Shown here piece by piece: positions 1 through 9,311 of a stretch of DNA of 64,000 nt (positions within the stretch are counted from its first letter, which is position 1; the number at the start of each line of letters is the position of its first letter). The stretch is from Vicinamibacterales bacterium (GTDB taxonomy: Bacteria > Acidobacteriota > Vicinamibacteria > Vicinamibacterales > UBA8438). The notes under the pieces were generated by a model. That model did no database searches, was not told the DNA's origin, and saw nothing but the letters and a program-made list of their open reading frames with translations. Where the stretch lies: NCBI GenBank assembly GCA_965215155.1, contig CBDCCY010000004.1:990151-1054150 (forward strand), given 5' to 3'. The position numbers and the translations under genes were made by a program.

Positions 1-775
1 AGTCGCGGCGTCCCACGACGGTGCGGCGGTCCACGACCTCCAGCATGCGCCGGACCTCATCCCACTGAATCGACCGCGGCACGGTGGCGAGACGGTAGAC
101 CCGCGGGCTGTCGACCGCATGACTCAAGTCGCGTCCGACGAGCCCCTCGCGGTTGAGGTAACGCAAGAACACGCGCAGCACGACGCACCGCGACACGACG
201 CCCGACCGGGAGAGATGCCGGCTGCGGTCGGTCAGAAACCCGCTGATGACCACCGGCGACAGGGCCTGCAGGTCGTCGAGGCCACGCTCGTGCAGGTACG
301 CGGCGAACCGGCGAAGATGATGGCCGTACTGTCGGATCGAGGCGGCGCGGAGCCCGCGCTCGTCGCGTAGGTAGGCGAAGAACTCCGGCGCCCGGTCGAT
401 GAACGGTTCCCCCAGCAGGGGGCGGCGCGTGCCGACGAATCCGGGGACAACCAGTCGGAGCATCTGCTCGATCGGCCGGCGGATCTCCTGCGCCAATCGT
501 GGGCGAGCTGGTCCCGGGGCCCGCCGGTGATCCGGGCGGGTGATCCAGTGCTCCACAAACGGTTGAACCGCCGGTGGAAGGTCTGCGTAGCACCTCGCTC
601 CGCGGTCGTAGGTGAACGTCGCGAAATGGAGCAGGAGCGGCACGCGATGACCGAGAACCCTCGGTGCGTGACCACGCTCCAGAAGCCAGGTGACGTACTG
701 CTCGATGGCAGCACCAAGCCAGGATGACCGGATGCGATCGACGGTCTGCGGGCGGACGAAAAACCGTTCCAGCAT
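1..775 (-). CDS. tyrosine recombinase/integrase, N-terminal part (gene runs off the left edge)
   Basis: Absent from the ORF track because it has no stop inside the window. The reverse strand from ATG at 775-773 (GGAGG 7 nt upstream) stays open to position 2. It reads MLERFFVRPQTVDRIRSSWLGAAIEQYVTWLLERGHAPRVLG...LRAASIRQYGHHLRRFAAYLHERGLDDLQALSPVVISGFL...SIQWDEVRRMLEVVDRRT. This is the SAM-like core-binding N-terminal pattern of phage-integrase-family recombinases. Confidence 0.7.
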   Translation of the reverse strand, partial: MLERFFVRPQTVDRIRSSWLGAAIEQYVTWLLERGHAPRVLGHRVPLLLHFATFTYDRGARCYADLPPAVQPFVEHWITRPDHRRAPGPARPRLAQEIRRPIEQMLRLVVPGFVGTRRPLLGEPFIDRAPEFFAYLRDERGLRAASIRQYGHHLRRFAAYLHERGLDDLQALSPVVISGFLTDRSRHLSRSGVVSRCVVLRVFLRYLNREGLVGRDLSHAVDSPRVYRLATVPRSIQWDEVRRMLEVVDRRTVVGRRD

Positions 776-861
776 GGACAACCTCCTCGCGCTCTCGGCG
801 CTCGGTGATCATCCCGTGCTGACGAGCCCACCGTTATGTGCCCAGCAGTCGCGCGACAGCC

Positions 862-1722
862 CTACCCAACCGGCGATCCACGCTGGTGTCGGCCACAGAT
901 CGCGAACGGGCACACAACTACGATTGTGTTCCGCGACACACAATCGATCGCCTTCTCGTCCGGCTCGCCATACGCCCGCTTGTACGGCGGACCGCCCTTC
1001 GGGTTCCGGTCCTGGCCCGGTTGCCGACCCCGCGCGTCGTCCGCCGCCCGTTGCTTCGCTTCCAGACGCGCCTTCGCCGCGCGAATCGCGGCCAGACGCT
1101 CCTCCCGCCGGCGCAACTCTGCCGGCAGATCATCGCCCCGAACCTCCACGCCCAAGCGTGCGTCCTCGGCCTCGTCAACCGCTTCCGCCTGGCGCACCAG
1201 CGCCTCGACCTCGCTTTCCAGACGCTGTTCCTCTTCCTGCATCCGGTCGTAGCTCATCGCCTTGTGCTTGCTCGCGTTCGCGCGCACCTTCGTGCCGTCG
1301 ATCGACAGCTTTCCCAAGCGCGCCAGACCCAACTCCTGCGCCAGTCGCACCACCTTCACAAACAGCGACTGGAAATTCTCCAGGTGCCGACGACGAAACT
1401 CGCACAGCGTCCGGTGCTGCGGAAAGTTGCCCGCCGCCAGCACACGCAACGCCACGTCCTCTTCCAGCTTCCGCGCAATCCGGCGCGACGAGAACACGCC
1501 CGTCGCGTAGGCGTAGAGCAGAACCTTCACCATCATCCGGGGCTCATACGGCGCGTTGCGGCGGCCGTCTCCCTCGTACGGGTCGTAGAACTCCGTCAGG
1601 TCCAGACCGTCCACCAGATCGCTGACGTGGTGTGCCAAGTGGCCATCGGGCAGCCACTCCCGCATGTCGGGCGGCAACAGCAGAGACTGGTCCGGCGCGT
1701 AGGGGCGGAATGTGGTCGACAT
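862..1722 (-). pseudogene. IS1182/IS5-group transposase, N-terminal fragment (DDE domain missing)
   Basis: The ORF reads [42 protein letters not shown]...MMVKVLLYAYATGVFSSRRIARKLEEDVALRVLAAGNFPQHRTLCEFRRRH. That is the InsH/DUF772 N-terminal domain followed by a coiled coil. Recognisable similarity stops near ...YGEPDEKA (about position 945) and no DDE domain follows. Confidence 0.75.
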
Positions 1723-1768
1723 CGACTCCTTCCGTCGGCGGCTCGCCTACAATTGTCGCATCTGTTTT

Positions 1769-1784
1769 CTGCGGCGCAGACTCC
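1769..1784. repeat. outer terminal repeat of the truncated IS1182-type element (CTGCGGCGCAGACTCC)
   Basis: It lies 62 nt upstream of the transposase ATG (1722), exactly where hsdR-like coding sequence begins. The same 14-16 nt recur as inverted pairs at 37772-37823 and 41652-41761. Confidence 0.5.
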
Positions 1785-2116
1785 TAGCCCGTGAGTTGCG
1801 GGCCGCAAGCGCCCGCGGCGAGGCGCTGGGACTGGCGGATGACGAGCTGGCCTTCTACGATGCGCTCGGCGTCAACGACAGCGCGGTGCAGGTGCTCGGC
1901 GACGAGACCCTGCGCGGCATCGCCCGTGAGCTGGTCGAGACGGTACGGAACAACGTGACCATCGACTGGACGCAGCGCGAGAACGTCCGCGCCAAGCTCC
2001 GCGTGCTCGTGAAGCGCGTCCTGCGCAGGCACGGCTATCCGCCAGACAGGCAGGAGTTGGCGACCCGGACGGTGCTGGAGCAGGCGGCGGTACTGTCGGC
2101 TGAGTGGGCGCTGTAA
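1785..2116 (+). pseudogene. hsdR: type I restriction enzyme R subunit, C-terminal remnant
   Basis: The sequence ...[98 protein letters not shown] matches the conserved HsdR C-terminal (DUF3387-type) tail. Everything upstream is replaced by the IS end at 1784. Confidence 0.75.
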
Positions 2117-2164
2117 ACGGTCGGAACCGTTGCCGCCCCGCGCCCCGCGACGTCACGGACGACG

Positions 2165-2434
2165 ATGGACTACCCTGCTTCGATGAGCCGGGACAGGATC
2201 GGTGACAGAATAGACGAAGCGGTGTTGGCGCTACTCTACTTGGGGATCTTCGAGCGTCATCCGATGATGGCCGCGCGCACGTGGAAGTCGTTCGACTGGG
2301 AGGCGATGGACCGTCTTCACCGCAAAGGGCTGATTTCCGACCCGGTGAGCAAGGCCAAGTCGGTGATGTGGACCGAGGCGGGCTTGCGGCAGCGGAGGCA
2401 GCCTTTCGTCGGCTGTTCGAGGCAGGATGACTGA
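2165..2434 (+). CDS. small hypothetical protein (DUF6429-like)
   Basis: This is an 89-aa ORF with ATG start: MDYPASMSRDRIGDRIDEAVLALLYLGIFERHPMMAARTWKSFDWEAMDRLHRKGLISDPVSKAKSV. The family name is recalled from memory and has not been verified. Confidence 0.5.
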   Translation: MDYPASMSRDRIGDRIDEAVLALLYLGIFERHPMMAARTWKSFDWEAMDRLHRKGLISDPVSKAKSVMWTEAGLRQRRQPFVGCSRQDD

Positions 2435-2627
2435 GTCGCGCCTTGGAACGTCGACCGGATGACGAAGCACGACAAGTGCCGGGTGGGGATCACTCGGCGC
2501 TCGGTCCAGCCGATCCGTCGAAGTCGGTCTGCTGTGGAGCAGGACCGTCCCTTTCGCCGTGAGGAGTTCTCTGGATTCCCCGCGCTCTCCCGGACTCAGG
2601 GGTAGTAGAGCATCGGATCGACTGACA

Positions 2628-5327
2628 ATGGCGGATACTGACGCTTCGCTCTTCGCAACGGACTGGGAAGACCTGCTGCTGGCGTGGCTGCACGATCCGT
2701 TCGACAAAGCGCTCCGCGTCCAGGGCCACGAGTCGAGAGCCGGACGATACGCCAAGGCCGCGCTCGGGCGGGATGTCTCCCGCAAGGGTCTCCATCATCT
2801 CGCTGCACACGCCGACGTAGCCGCGGCAATCGCGGAGCGTCTGCCCGCCCCCACCGCGGGCGCGGACGGCGGCCGCGCCGTGGGTCCGGCCGACGGTCTC
2901 CGTCTCGCGCATCCAGCTAGCGGCGCCTGGACGGAGTTGCGGCCGAGCAGCGTCGAACCCGACCAGGACAGCGCTGTTGCGATCATCGAGCGGATCGTGG
3001 ACGGGTTGCCGGATCCCCGAGCGCGATTCCTGGGGCTGTGGCGGCTCCTGCCCGACCGAATTGCGGACGCCTTCGGGGACGACATGGCGCGTCTGCCTGC
3101 CGATACGCGCATCCCGGATCACACGCTGTTCCAGCACGTCGATATCACCGCTGGCCTGCACGCGGCGGGCGCGCCCGACAACGTCGCCTGTCTCTCCTTC
3201 GCGCTCGGACCGGTTCAGCCGTTCATTAGGGCGGCGCGCAGCGTCCGCGATCTCTGGTCCGGCAGCGCACTGCTGTCGTGGCTCGCCTTCCAGGCGATGA
3301 CACCGGTGATCGAGCGCCTGGGGCCGACGGCGTTCGTCTACCCGGCGCTACGCGGCTCGCCGCTCGTCGACCTCTGGCTGCGGCGCGCCGCTGGGCTCGG
3401 CGACCGCGTGTCGATGCCGTCCCGGCAGGCGCGCATGGCACCGTCGCTTCCACATCGCTTCGTCGCGTTGGTTCCCTGGGGACCGAAGGGTGCCGCGGCT
3501 GATGCGCTGCGTCGGACCTGCCTCCACGCGGCGCGGGCCGGATGGCGGCAAGCGGCTGCTGCCGTTCGCTCCGGGCTGGATCCTGCATTCGTCCCGTTAC
3601 ACCGGGACTGGGCACGGCGCTGGGAACGGCAGATCGAGAGCGCGCTCGAAGTGAGGGCGGCCGTCGCGCCGATGGGTGCACCGGGCGGGAGGCCGGCGGG
3701 CGAACCGAGCGATGACCGGATCGCCCGGCTCGTCGGAGTGTCCGACTTCGCCTCGGCATGGCCCGAAGCGCAGAGGGTCCGCGAACTGGCGCTGGCGATT
3801 CCTCCGGCCCATCGGCCGAACTACGATCAGCAGAACGCCGGCCGCTGGCAGGTGCGGATGGAGATGTCGGCCCGGCTGCTGGCGGCCGTCCGGGCGGTGC
3901 GGCACGTTCCGGTGACGTCACAGCCGGACCCGGGTCCGGCGCCGGCCAAGTGCACGCTGTTCGGAAGCTGGGAGCAGATGGGGCCGGCGGCATTCGACGA
4001 GGCACAGGATTTCTGGCGGCGGGCATCGAGTAGCGTCTCCGTCGCAGGTGTACGGCTCCGGCCCCGCGAGCGCCTGAGCGCAATCGCGCTGACGAAGCGC
4101 TTCGCCGGACCGGCCCTGCTCGCGCCGGAACTCGACCTCGCTCCCGAGGCTCTGCGTTTTCCCGACACGGCGACCGTTGCCGCCGCCGACTGGCTCCACA
4201 CGGCAGGGATCGATCCCGACGAAGAGCGCCGGCGGAGCGGCCACTGGAGCGGGCTGTGGCTCCACTGGCATCGAAGGGACGAGGTCGAGGACGAGCGGTC
4301 GGTCCCGGAGGCGCTCTGGGAACGCATCCGCGACGCCCGAACGCGGCACGAATGGCCGCCTCTCTATTTCGCCGTCGTCGCCCTGGACGGCGACGAGATG
4401 GGACGATGGCTCGCCGGGCAGAAGACGCCGCCGGTGGGCCGGCTCCTGCATCCTAAGCTGCGAATGTACTTCGAAGGACTCGGCGACAGCCGCGTGGAAC
4501 CGGGGCTCGCTGCACGCCGCCCGGTCGGGCCGGCGCTGCACGGGGCAATCAGCTCCGCCCTCTCTACGTTCGCGACCGAGGTCGCGCCGGAAATCGTGGC
4601 CGCGCACCACGGAACCGTGATCTACTCCGGCGGCGACGATGTCCTGGCGCTCTGTCCGGTCTCGACGGCGCTCGATTGCGTCCGCACCCTGCGTGACGCC
4701 TTCTCCGGCCGGGACGACCCGGACGGCGACGGCTGGCGGGCGTGCGGCGTGCGGCGGCGGATCACGATGGGAAGCTGCGCGTCGATGTCGGCCGGCGTAG
4801 CGATCGTCCATTTCCGCGAGGACCTGCGACTGGCCATCGAAGCGGCACGCGATGCGGAAACACGGGCGAAGGGCGCCGGGCGCGACCTGCTCGACCTCAT
4901 CACGATGCGCCGGTCAGGGGAGACCGCCCGCGTGGTCTGCCCCTGGCTGTTCGTGCCTTGGCTGGACGGGTTGCGCCAGCGGTTCGCGACCGGCGCATCG
5001 GATCGCTGGACGTACCAGCTCCGCTCGGAACTGCCTGCGCTGGCGTCCGACCGGCTACCGCGCGAAGCCATGCAGGCCGAAATCCGACGCCTTATCGACC
5101 GCAGCGGCACCGAGAGCGCCGGGGTCGCCACGCCCGAGACGGAGGCCCTAGAGTCAGCGGAGGGCTCGTCGAAGCGCGGTATCGGAAGCCGCCCATCCGC
5201 GGGCGCGAAGGTCGCGGGCGCCTTCAAGACTTGGTGCGAACTTCGACATGGCACCGTCGATCCGCTACGGGACTTCGTTACGCTCTGCCAGTCGGCGTCG
5301 TTCATGGCGAGAGGCCGCGATGACTGA
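2628..5327 (+). CDS. cas10: type III-B Cas10/Cmr2
   Basis: The N-terminus MADTDASLF..LLLAWLHDPFDKALRVQGHE carries the Cmr2 HD motif. The protein also has LPADTRIPDHTLFQHVDITAGL and the palm/cyclase motif VIYSGGDDVLALCP. I chose the ATG at 2628 over the upstream ORF-track start at 2559. Confidence 0.9.
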   Translation: MADTDASLFATDWEDLLLAWLHDPFDKALRVQGHESRAGRYAKAALGRDVSRKGLHHLAAHADVAAAIAERLPAPTAGADGGRAVGPADGLRLAHPASGAWTELRPSSVEPDQDSAVAIIERIVDGLPDPRARFLGLWRLLPDRIADAFGDDMARLPADTRIPDHTLFQHVDITAGLHAAGAPDNVACLSFALGPVQPFIRAARSVRDLWSGSALLSWLAFQAMTPVIERLGPTAFVYPALRGSPLVDLWLRRAAGLGDRVSMPSRQARMAPSLPHRFVALVPWGPKGAAADALRRTCLHAARAGWRQAAAAVRSGLDPAFVPLHRDWARRWERQIESALEVRAAVAPMGAPGGRPAGEPSDDRIARLVGVSDFASAWPEAQRVRELALAIPPAHRPNYDQQNAGRWQVRMEMSARLLAAVRAVRHVPVTSQPDPGPAPAKCTLFGSWEQMGPAAFDEAQDFWRRASSSVSVAGVRLRPRERLSAIALTKRFAGPALLAPELDLAPEALRFPDTATVAAADWLHTAGIDPDEERRRSGHWSGLWLHWHRRDEVEDERSVPEALWERIRDARTRHEWPPLYFAVVALDGDEMGRWLAGQKTPPVGRLLHPKLRMYFEGLGDSRVEPGLAARRPVGPALHGAISSALSTFATEVAPEIVAAHHGTVIYSGGDDVLALCPVSTALDCVRTLRDAFSGRDDPDGDGWRACGVRRRITMGSCASMSAGVAIVHFREDLRLAIEAARDAETRAKGAGRDLLDLITMRRSGETARVVCPWLFVPWLDGLRQRFATGASDRWTYQLRSELPALASDRLPREAMQAEIRRLIDRSGTESAGVATPETEALESAEGSSKRGIGSRPSAGAKVAGAFKTWCELRHGTVDPLRDFVTLCQSASFMARGRDD

Positions 5328-6477
5328 CGCCACTGCTGCGGGATACGCAACGATCACGCTCGAACTCGAGCCCCTTGACGTGCTGTTCTTCCGGGACGGG
5401 CGCCCGTTCGACGCCGCGCCTCGCGCGACGGGAGGGCTGCCGATGCCTCAAACGCTCGCCGGCGCGGTGCGCACGTGGCTGTTCGGACGGCTCGCCGGCG
5501 ACCTCGACACGCTCGCCGCCGCCGTCAGGACGGGCACGTCGTTCGCCGACGCCACCGCCGCACAAGGCCCGGGACTGGCGGTGGTCGGCCGGATCGGCCT
5601 CCGCGGCCCTTGGTTCGCCAGCGATGGGGAGCGTCTCGTCCCAACGCCGGGCACGATCGAGATCGACGCCAAAGAAACGCTGCATCGACTCGATCCGCTC
5701 GCGGACGACTTGCCGGGGTGGTCGCCGCCGATGGCGGGCATGCGGCCGCTGTGGCGGCGAAGCCCCGGCGGCACCAAGTTGCGAGGCGGCTGGTTGCGAG
5801 CGAGCGGCCTCGAACGGTTCCTGCAAGGCGGCGTTCCGCGTCCCGACGAGATCGTCGACGCGGATGCGCTCTTCGCATACGAAGATCGCGTCGGGATCGG
5901 CTTGGACGCGGCCACCGGCACCACTGACGATGGGATGATCTACGCCGTGCGGATGATGCGCCTGCGTCCTGGTGTCACGCTGTCGGTTGACCTTGTCGGC
6001 GCGTCGCAGGATCTGGAACGCTGCCCAGACGGCGAGGACGTGCTGGCACTCGGTGGGGAGAGCCGACGGGCGATCGTGCGACGGTCGGCCGCTCCGAACC
6101 GGGTGACGACGGCGGGCAATCAGGATCTGGCGCGCCGACGGCCGAATCGCATCGACCAACGCGACGTTCGGCCCGTGACGGGAGTCGGTCGGGGAGGCGG
6201 GACGCTAGTCCTGCTGACGACGCCCGCGCCGTTCGGCGGGTGGTGCCCGCCGGGGTTGTCGCCGGTGGCGGCGGCGGTGCCCGGGTACGTCCCGGTCTCC
6301 GGCTGGGATCTGGCGCGCGGCGGGCCGAAGCCGACCCGTTTCGCGGTCTCCGCGGGCAGCGTCTACTTTCTGTCCGAGGGAGCGGACTTGTCCTCCCGGC
6401 GCGGATCGCTCTGCGCACCCGAAGACGCGTCGCTCGGCTGGGGCACCTGCGTCGAAGGAGTCTGGGATCATGGCTGA
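5320..6477 (+). CDS. cmr3: type III-B Cmr3
   Basis: MTDATAAGYATITLELEPLDVLFFRDGRPFDAAPRATGGLPMPQTLAGAVRTWLF is the typical Cmr3 N-terminus. The C-terminus is glycine-rich (VSGWDLARGGPKPTRFAVSAGSVYF). The start overlaps the cas10 stop by 8 nt. Confidence 0.85.
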   Translation: MTDATAAGYATITLELEPLDVLFFRDGRPFDAAPRATGGLPMPQTLAGAVRTWLFGRLAGDLDTLAAAVRTGTSFADATAAQGPGLAVVGRIGLRGPWFASDGERLVPTPGTIEIDAKETLHRLDPLADDLPGWSPPMAGMRPLWRRSPGGTKLRGGWLRASGLERFLQGGVPRPDEIVDADALFAYEDRVGIGLDAATGTTDDGMIYAVRMMRLRPGVTLSVDLVGASQDLERCPDGEDVLALGGESRRAIVRRSAAPNRVTTAGNQDLARRRPNRIDQRDVRPVTGVGRGGGTLVLLTTPAPFGGWCPPGLSPVAAAVPGYVPVSGWDLARGGPKPTRFAVSAGSVYFLSEGADLSSRRGSLCAPEDASLGWGTCVEGVWDHG

Positions 6478-7393
6478 CGCCAACCTTCTGTTCATCCATG
6501 CATTGACGAGCGTGCATCCCGGCGGCGGCGCGGCGCTCGGCGTTGTCGACCTGCCAGTCCAGCGCGAGCGCCACACGCAATGGCCGATGATTGCGGGCTC
6601 CGGGCTGAAGGGCACCTTCCGTGACGCCTGTCGGCGTCCGATGGACGGCGGCGAGTGGCTTGCGGCGTTCGGCCCCGAGACAACCAACGCGTCCGATCAT
6701 GCTGGCGCGCTCGCCTTTACCGACGCCCGCCTGCTCGCCTTTCCGGTCCGCTCGTTGCGCGGCATCTTCGCCTGGGCTACCTGCCCGGCGGTGCTCCACC
6801 GATTCGGGCGCGATGCGAAGCTCCTGGCCGGGAGCACGACCGCGCCCCCAGCGCCGCCGCCCGTCGAACGCGGCCAAGCCGCCTGTCCGTCGGCGTCCGA
6901 CAACTTGGTCGATGGCAGGTGCCTTCTCCTGGAGGAGTTCGAGTTCCTCCGCACTGGTGACGACAGCGGCATCGCCGCCATCGCCGCATGGCTGGCCGGT
7001 CGGGCAATTGGCGACGAAGAGACAGGCGCGCGTCTCAAGCGGAACTTGGTCGTGCTGCACGACGACGATTTCACCTACTTCGCGCGTCACGCCACGGAGG
7101 TGGTCGCGCGCGTCGGACTTGATTACGAAAGCAAGACGGTCCGGAAGGGCGCGTTGTTCTACGAGGAGTTCCTGCCGCCCGAAACGCTGCTCTACTCCGT
7201 GGTCCTGGCGACGGCCAGCCGCCGCAGGTCCAAGACAGACAGGAACGGCAAGGAATCGCGCGCCCGAGTCGATCTCGACGCGGCTCGCATGCTCGGACTA
7301 CTGCGGCGCCATACGCCGCCGACGCTGCAGATCGGCGCGGATCAGACCATCGGCAAGGGGCTGTGGTGCGCCAGGCAAACTGGCGGAGGATAG
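6470..7393 (+). CDS. cmr4: type III-B Cmr4 (Cas7-family RAMP backbone subunit)
   Basis: MADANLLFIHALTSVHPGGGAALGVVDLPVQRERHTQWPMIAGSGLKGTFRD is Cmr4-like, and the C-terminus has a G-rich loop (LQIGADQTIGKGL). The gene overlaps cmr3 by 8 nt. Confidence 0.9.
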   Translation: MADANLLFIHALTSVHPGGGAALGVVDLPVQRERHTQWPMIAGSGLKGTFRDACRRPMDGGEWLAAFGPETTNASDHAGALAFTDARLLAFPVRSLRGIFAWATCPAVLHRFGRDAKLLAGSTTAPPAPPPVERGQAACPSASDNLVDGRCLLLEEFEFLRTGDDSGIAAIAAWLAGRAIGDEETGARLKRNLVVLHDDDFTYFARHATEVVARVGLDYESKTVRKGALFYEEFLPPETLLYSVVLATASRRRSKTDRNGKESRARVDLDAARMLGLLRRHTPPTLQIGADQTIGKGLWCARQTGGG

Positions 7394-7722
7394 CCGGTGA
7401 GAGTCCGGCGGAAGGAAGGCGTAACCGACCACCTTCACCCCGAGTCATGCGCCGGTCGCCGTGAGGCGGCGGGTGAAGCGTTGACAGGGGCGCGAACGGG
7501 CGGGGCTATTGAGCATCGAAAGAAGACAGGTCTGGAGCGCCGAGACTGTCACAGCGGTCGAAGGCCACACCGACATCACCGCGACGGGTGAGGGGATGGA
7601 GGGCTCCACGGTGTCGGAGAACCCACGCACGTTCGTACGTCCTTCGTCGGGACCTGGGAGGTCTTCATTCCGCCCCGGCAGTCGAACCGGGGCCGCAGCG
7701 GGAAAGGAGGATTCCGAATCCG

Positions 7723-9207
7723 ATGGCGCACGGGATGAAGAAGTCGGATGAGGCAGTAGTACCGATGAAGGCGGCGAACAAGGGAGCGAAAGCGCCTGCG
7801 GAGTCGCTGGAGGGAAGGGCCTCAACCAAGGGGAATTCGCGAGACCAAAGCACGCACCGAACGCAGGGTCGGGACGGCGTGTCACAGGCGGTCGAACGGA
7901 TACGGCAAGCTGCAACGAGGAAACCGCAGGAGAAACTGACTGCGCTCTTGCACCACATCACGACGGACGCGCTCCGCTGCGCCTTCTTCGACCTGGAGAA
8001 GACCGCATCGGCAGGCGTGGATGGCGTGTTGTGGAAGGCGTATGCGGACGGGCTGGAGGAGCGGCTGCTCGACCTGCACGAACGCGTACATTCGGGAGCG
8101 TATCGGGCGCTGCCGTCTCGGCGGGTTGAAATACCCAAACCGGACGGCGGGACGCGACCGCTCGGCATTGCTGCCTTGGAAGACAAGATCGTCCAGAAGG
8201 CGGTAGTGGATGTCATCCTGACGCCGATTTACGAGCCGGAATTTCTCGGGTTCAGCTACGGGTTCCGGCCGGGGCGTGGGGCACATGATGCGCTCGACGC
8301 GCTGGCTTTCGGGATAGAACGGCGCAAGGTCAACTGGATAATCGATGCGGACATCCGGGCGTTCTTCGACCGGCTCTCGCGAGACCATTTGTTACGGTTT
8401 CTCGAACACCGACTCGGGGACAAGCGGGTATTGCGGCTGATTGTCAAGTGGCTGAACGCCGGCGTCATGGAAGGCGCCGAGTGGAAGGACGACCTGCAGG
8501 GGACCCCGCAAGGTGCGGTGGTTTCACCTGTTCTCGCGAACATCTACCTGCACTATGTCCTCGACCTCTGGTTCCAGAAGAAGTGGCGCGTCCGAAAGGC
8601 TACGGGGGACACTATCATCGTGCGTTACGCCGACGACTTCATCGTTGGCTGCCAACGCAAGGCGGACGCGGACCAGTTTCTCGACGACCTCAGGGAGAGG
8701 CTGCACCAGTTTGCGCTTGAGCTGCACCCCGACAAGACGCGCCTCATCGAGTTCGGCCGGTTCGCGATGACGAACCGCCGGGCGCGGGGGGAACGTCGAC
8801 CGGAGACTTTCGATTTCCTCGGATTCACGCACTACTGCAAGACGAAGAGGAACGGAAAATTCGGGCTGGGGCGCAAGCCGATAGCGAAACGGGTCACGCG
8901 AACCCTGAAACGGCTCAAGGAACGACTCCGCGCGCGAATGCACGCAGACGTCCACGAGACGGCGCAATGGCTGGGGAAGGTGGTCAACGGCTGGCTGAAT
9001 TATTATGCCGTGCCGACCAGTTCCCGGACCCTTGACGGTTTCGTATGGCGTCTTGAGTGGATTTGGCTCATGACCTTGCGCCGGCGGTCACAGAAGACGG
9101 GGGCGACGATAGCCACTGTGCGGCGCCTCACGGCGCGGTATTGGCCCCCCGTGCGGATTCGGCACCCGTGGCCCGTCAAGCGGTTTGTCGTCAACCACCC
9201 AAGGTAG
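7723..9207 (+). CDS. group II intron-encoded reverse transcriptase/maturase
   Basis: AAAGGAGG lies 13 nt before the ATG. RT blocks are present: RRVEIPKPDGGTRPLGIAALEDKIVQKAV, FSYGFRPGRGAHDAL, DIRAFFD, GTPQGAVVSPVLANIYL and IVRYADDFIV. A maturase-like WLNYYAVPTS follows. I saw no obvious HNH endonuclease tail. Confidence 0.9.
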   Translation: MAHGMKKSDEAVVPMKAANKGAKAPAESLEGRASTKGNSRDQSTHRTQGRDGVSQAVERIRQAATRKPQEKLTALLHHITTDALRCAFFDLEKTASAGVDGVLWKAYADGLEERLLDLHERVHSGAYRALPSRRVEIPKPDGGTRPLGIAALEDKIVQKAVVDVILTPIYEPEFLGFSYGFRPGRGAHDALDALAFGIERRKVNWIIDADIRAFFDRLSRDHLLRFLEHRLGDKRVLRLIVKWLNAGVMEGAEWKDDLQGTPQGAVVSPVLANIYLHYVLDLWFQKKWRVRKATGDTIIVRYADDFIVGCQRKADADQFLDDLRERLHQFALELHPDKTRLIEFGRFAMTNRRARGERRPETFDFLGFTHYCKTKRNGKFGLGRKPIAKRVTRTLKRLKERLRARMHADVHETAQWLGKVVNGWLNYYAVPTSSRTLDGFVWRLEWIWLMTLRRRSQKTGATIATVRRLTARYWPPVRIRHPWPVKRFVVNHPR

Positions 9208-9241
9208 GAGCCGTATGCGTTCGCGCGCACGTACGGATCTG
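9208..9241 (+). ncRNA. group II intron domain V
   Basis: GAGCCGTATGCGTTCGCGCGCACGTACGGATC resembles the canonical GAGCCGUAUGCG..GAAA..CGCACGUACGGUUC. This includes the AGC triad and the CGUACGG 3' arm. Confidence 0.75.
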
Positions 9242-9311
9242 CGCGGGGGGACCGGGGCAACCCGGTTCCCTACCGCAAACGGCATCCGGATCGTGGCCCC
9301 GGAGGACGGCG

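Larger units (their letters stand above)
7397..9273 (+). mobile_element. group II intron (about 1.88 kb, sense orientation, between cmr4 and cmr5); boundaries approximate
   Basis: It starts with GTGAG 3 nt after the cmr4 stop and encodes an RT/maturase. Domain V follows directly after the ORF stop, then a GGGGACCGGG-GCAA-CCCGGTTCCC hairpin ending ...CTAC at about 9273. Removing it leaves a ~40-nt cmr4-cmr5 spacer. Confidence 0.8.

Noticed and set aside
2559-2627. Upstream extensions of ORF-track starts. These cover cas10 from 2559, cmr3 from 5248, cmr1 from 10394, the secreted protein from 28551, Sel1 from 33486, the NucS-like gene from 57168, ritC from 15842 and DUF5916 from 54613.
   Set aside because: The extensions overlap the preceding gene out of frame or add low-complexity sequence. 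Internal starts give canonical N-termini, signal peptides or ATGA/TGATG coupling with the upstream gene.
7723-9207. Reverse transcriptase as a CRISPR-associated RT (RT-Cas1-like) or retron RT
   Set aside because: The ORF is followed immediately by a canonical group II intron domain V/VI. It carries a maturase-like region. It is not fused or adjacent to cas1, and no msr/msd-like structure is evident.
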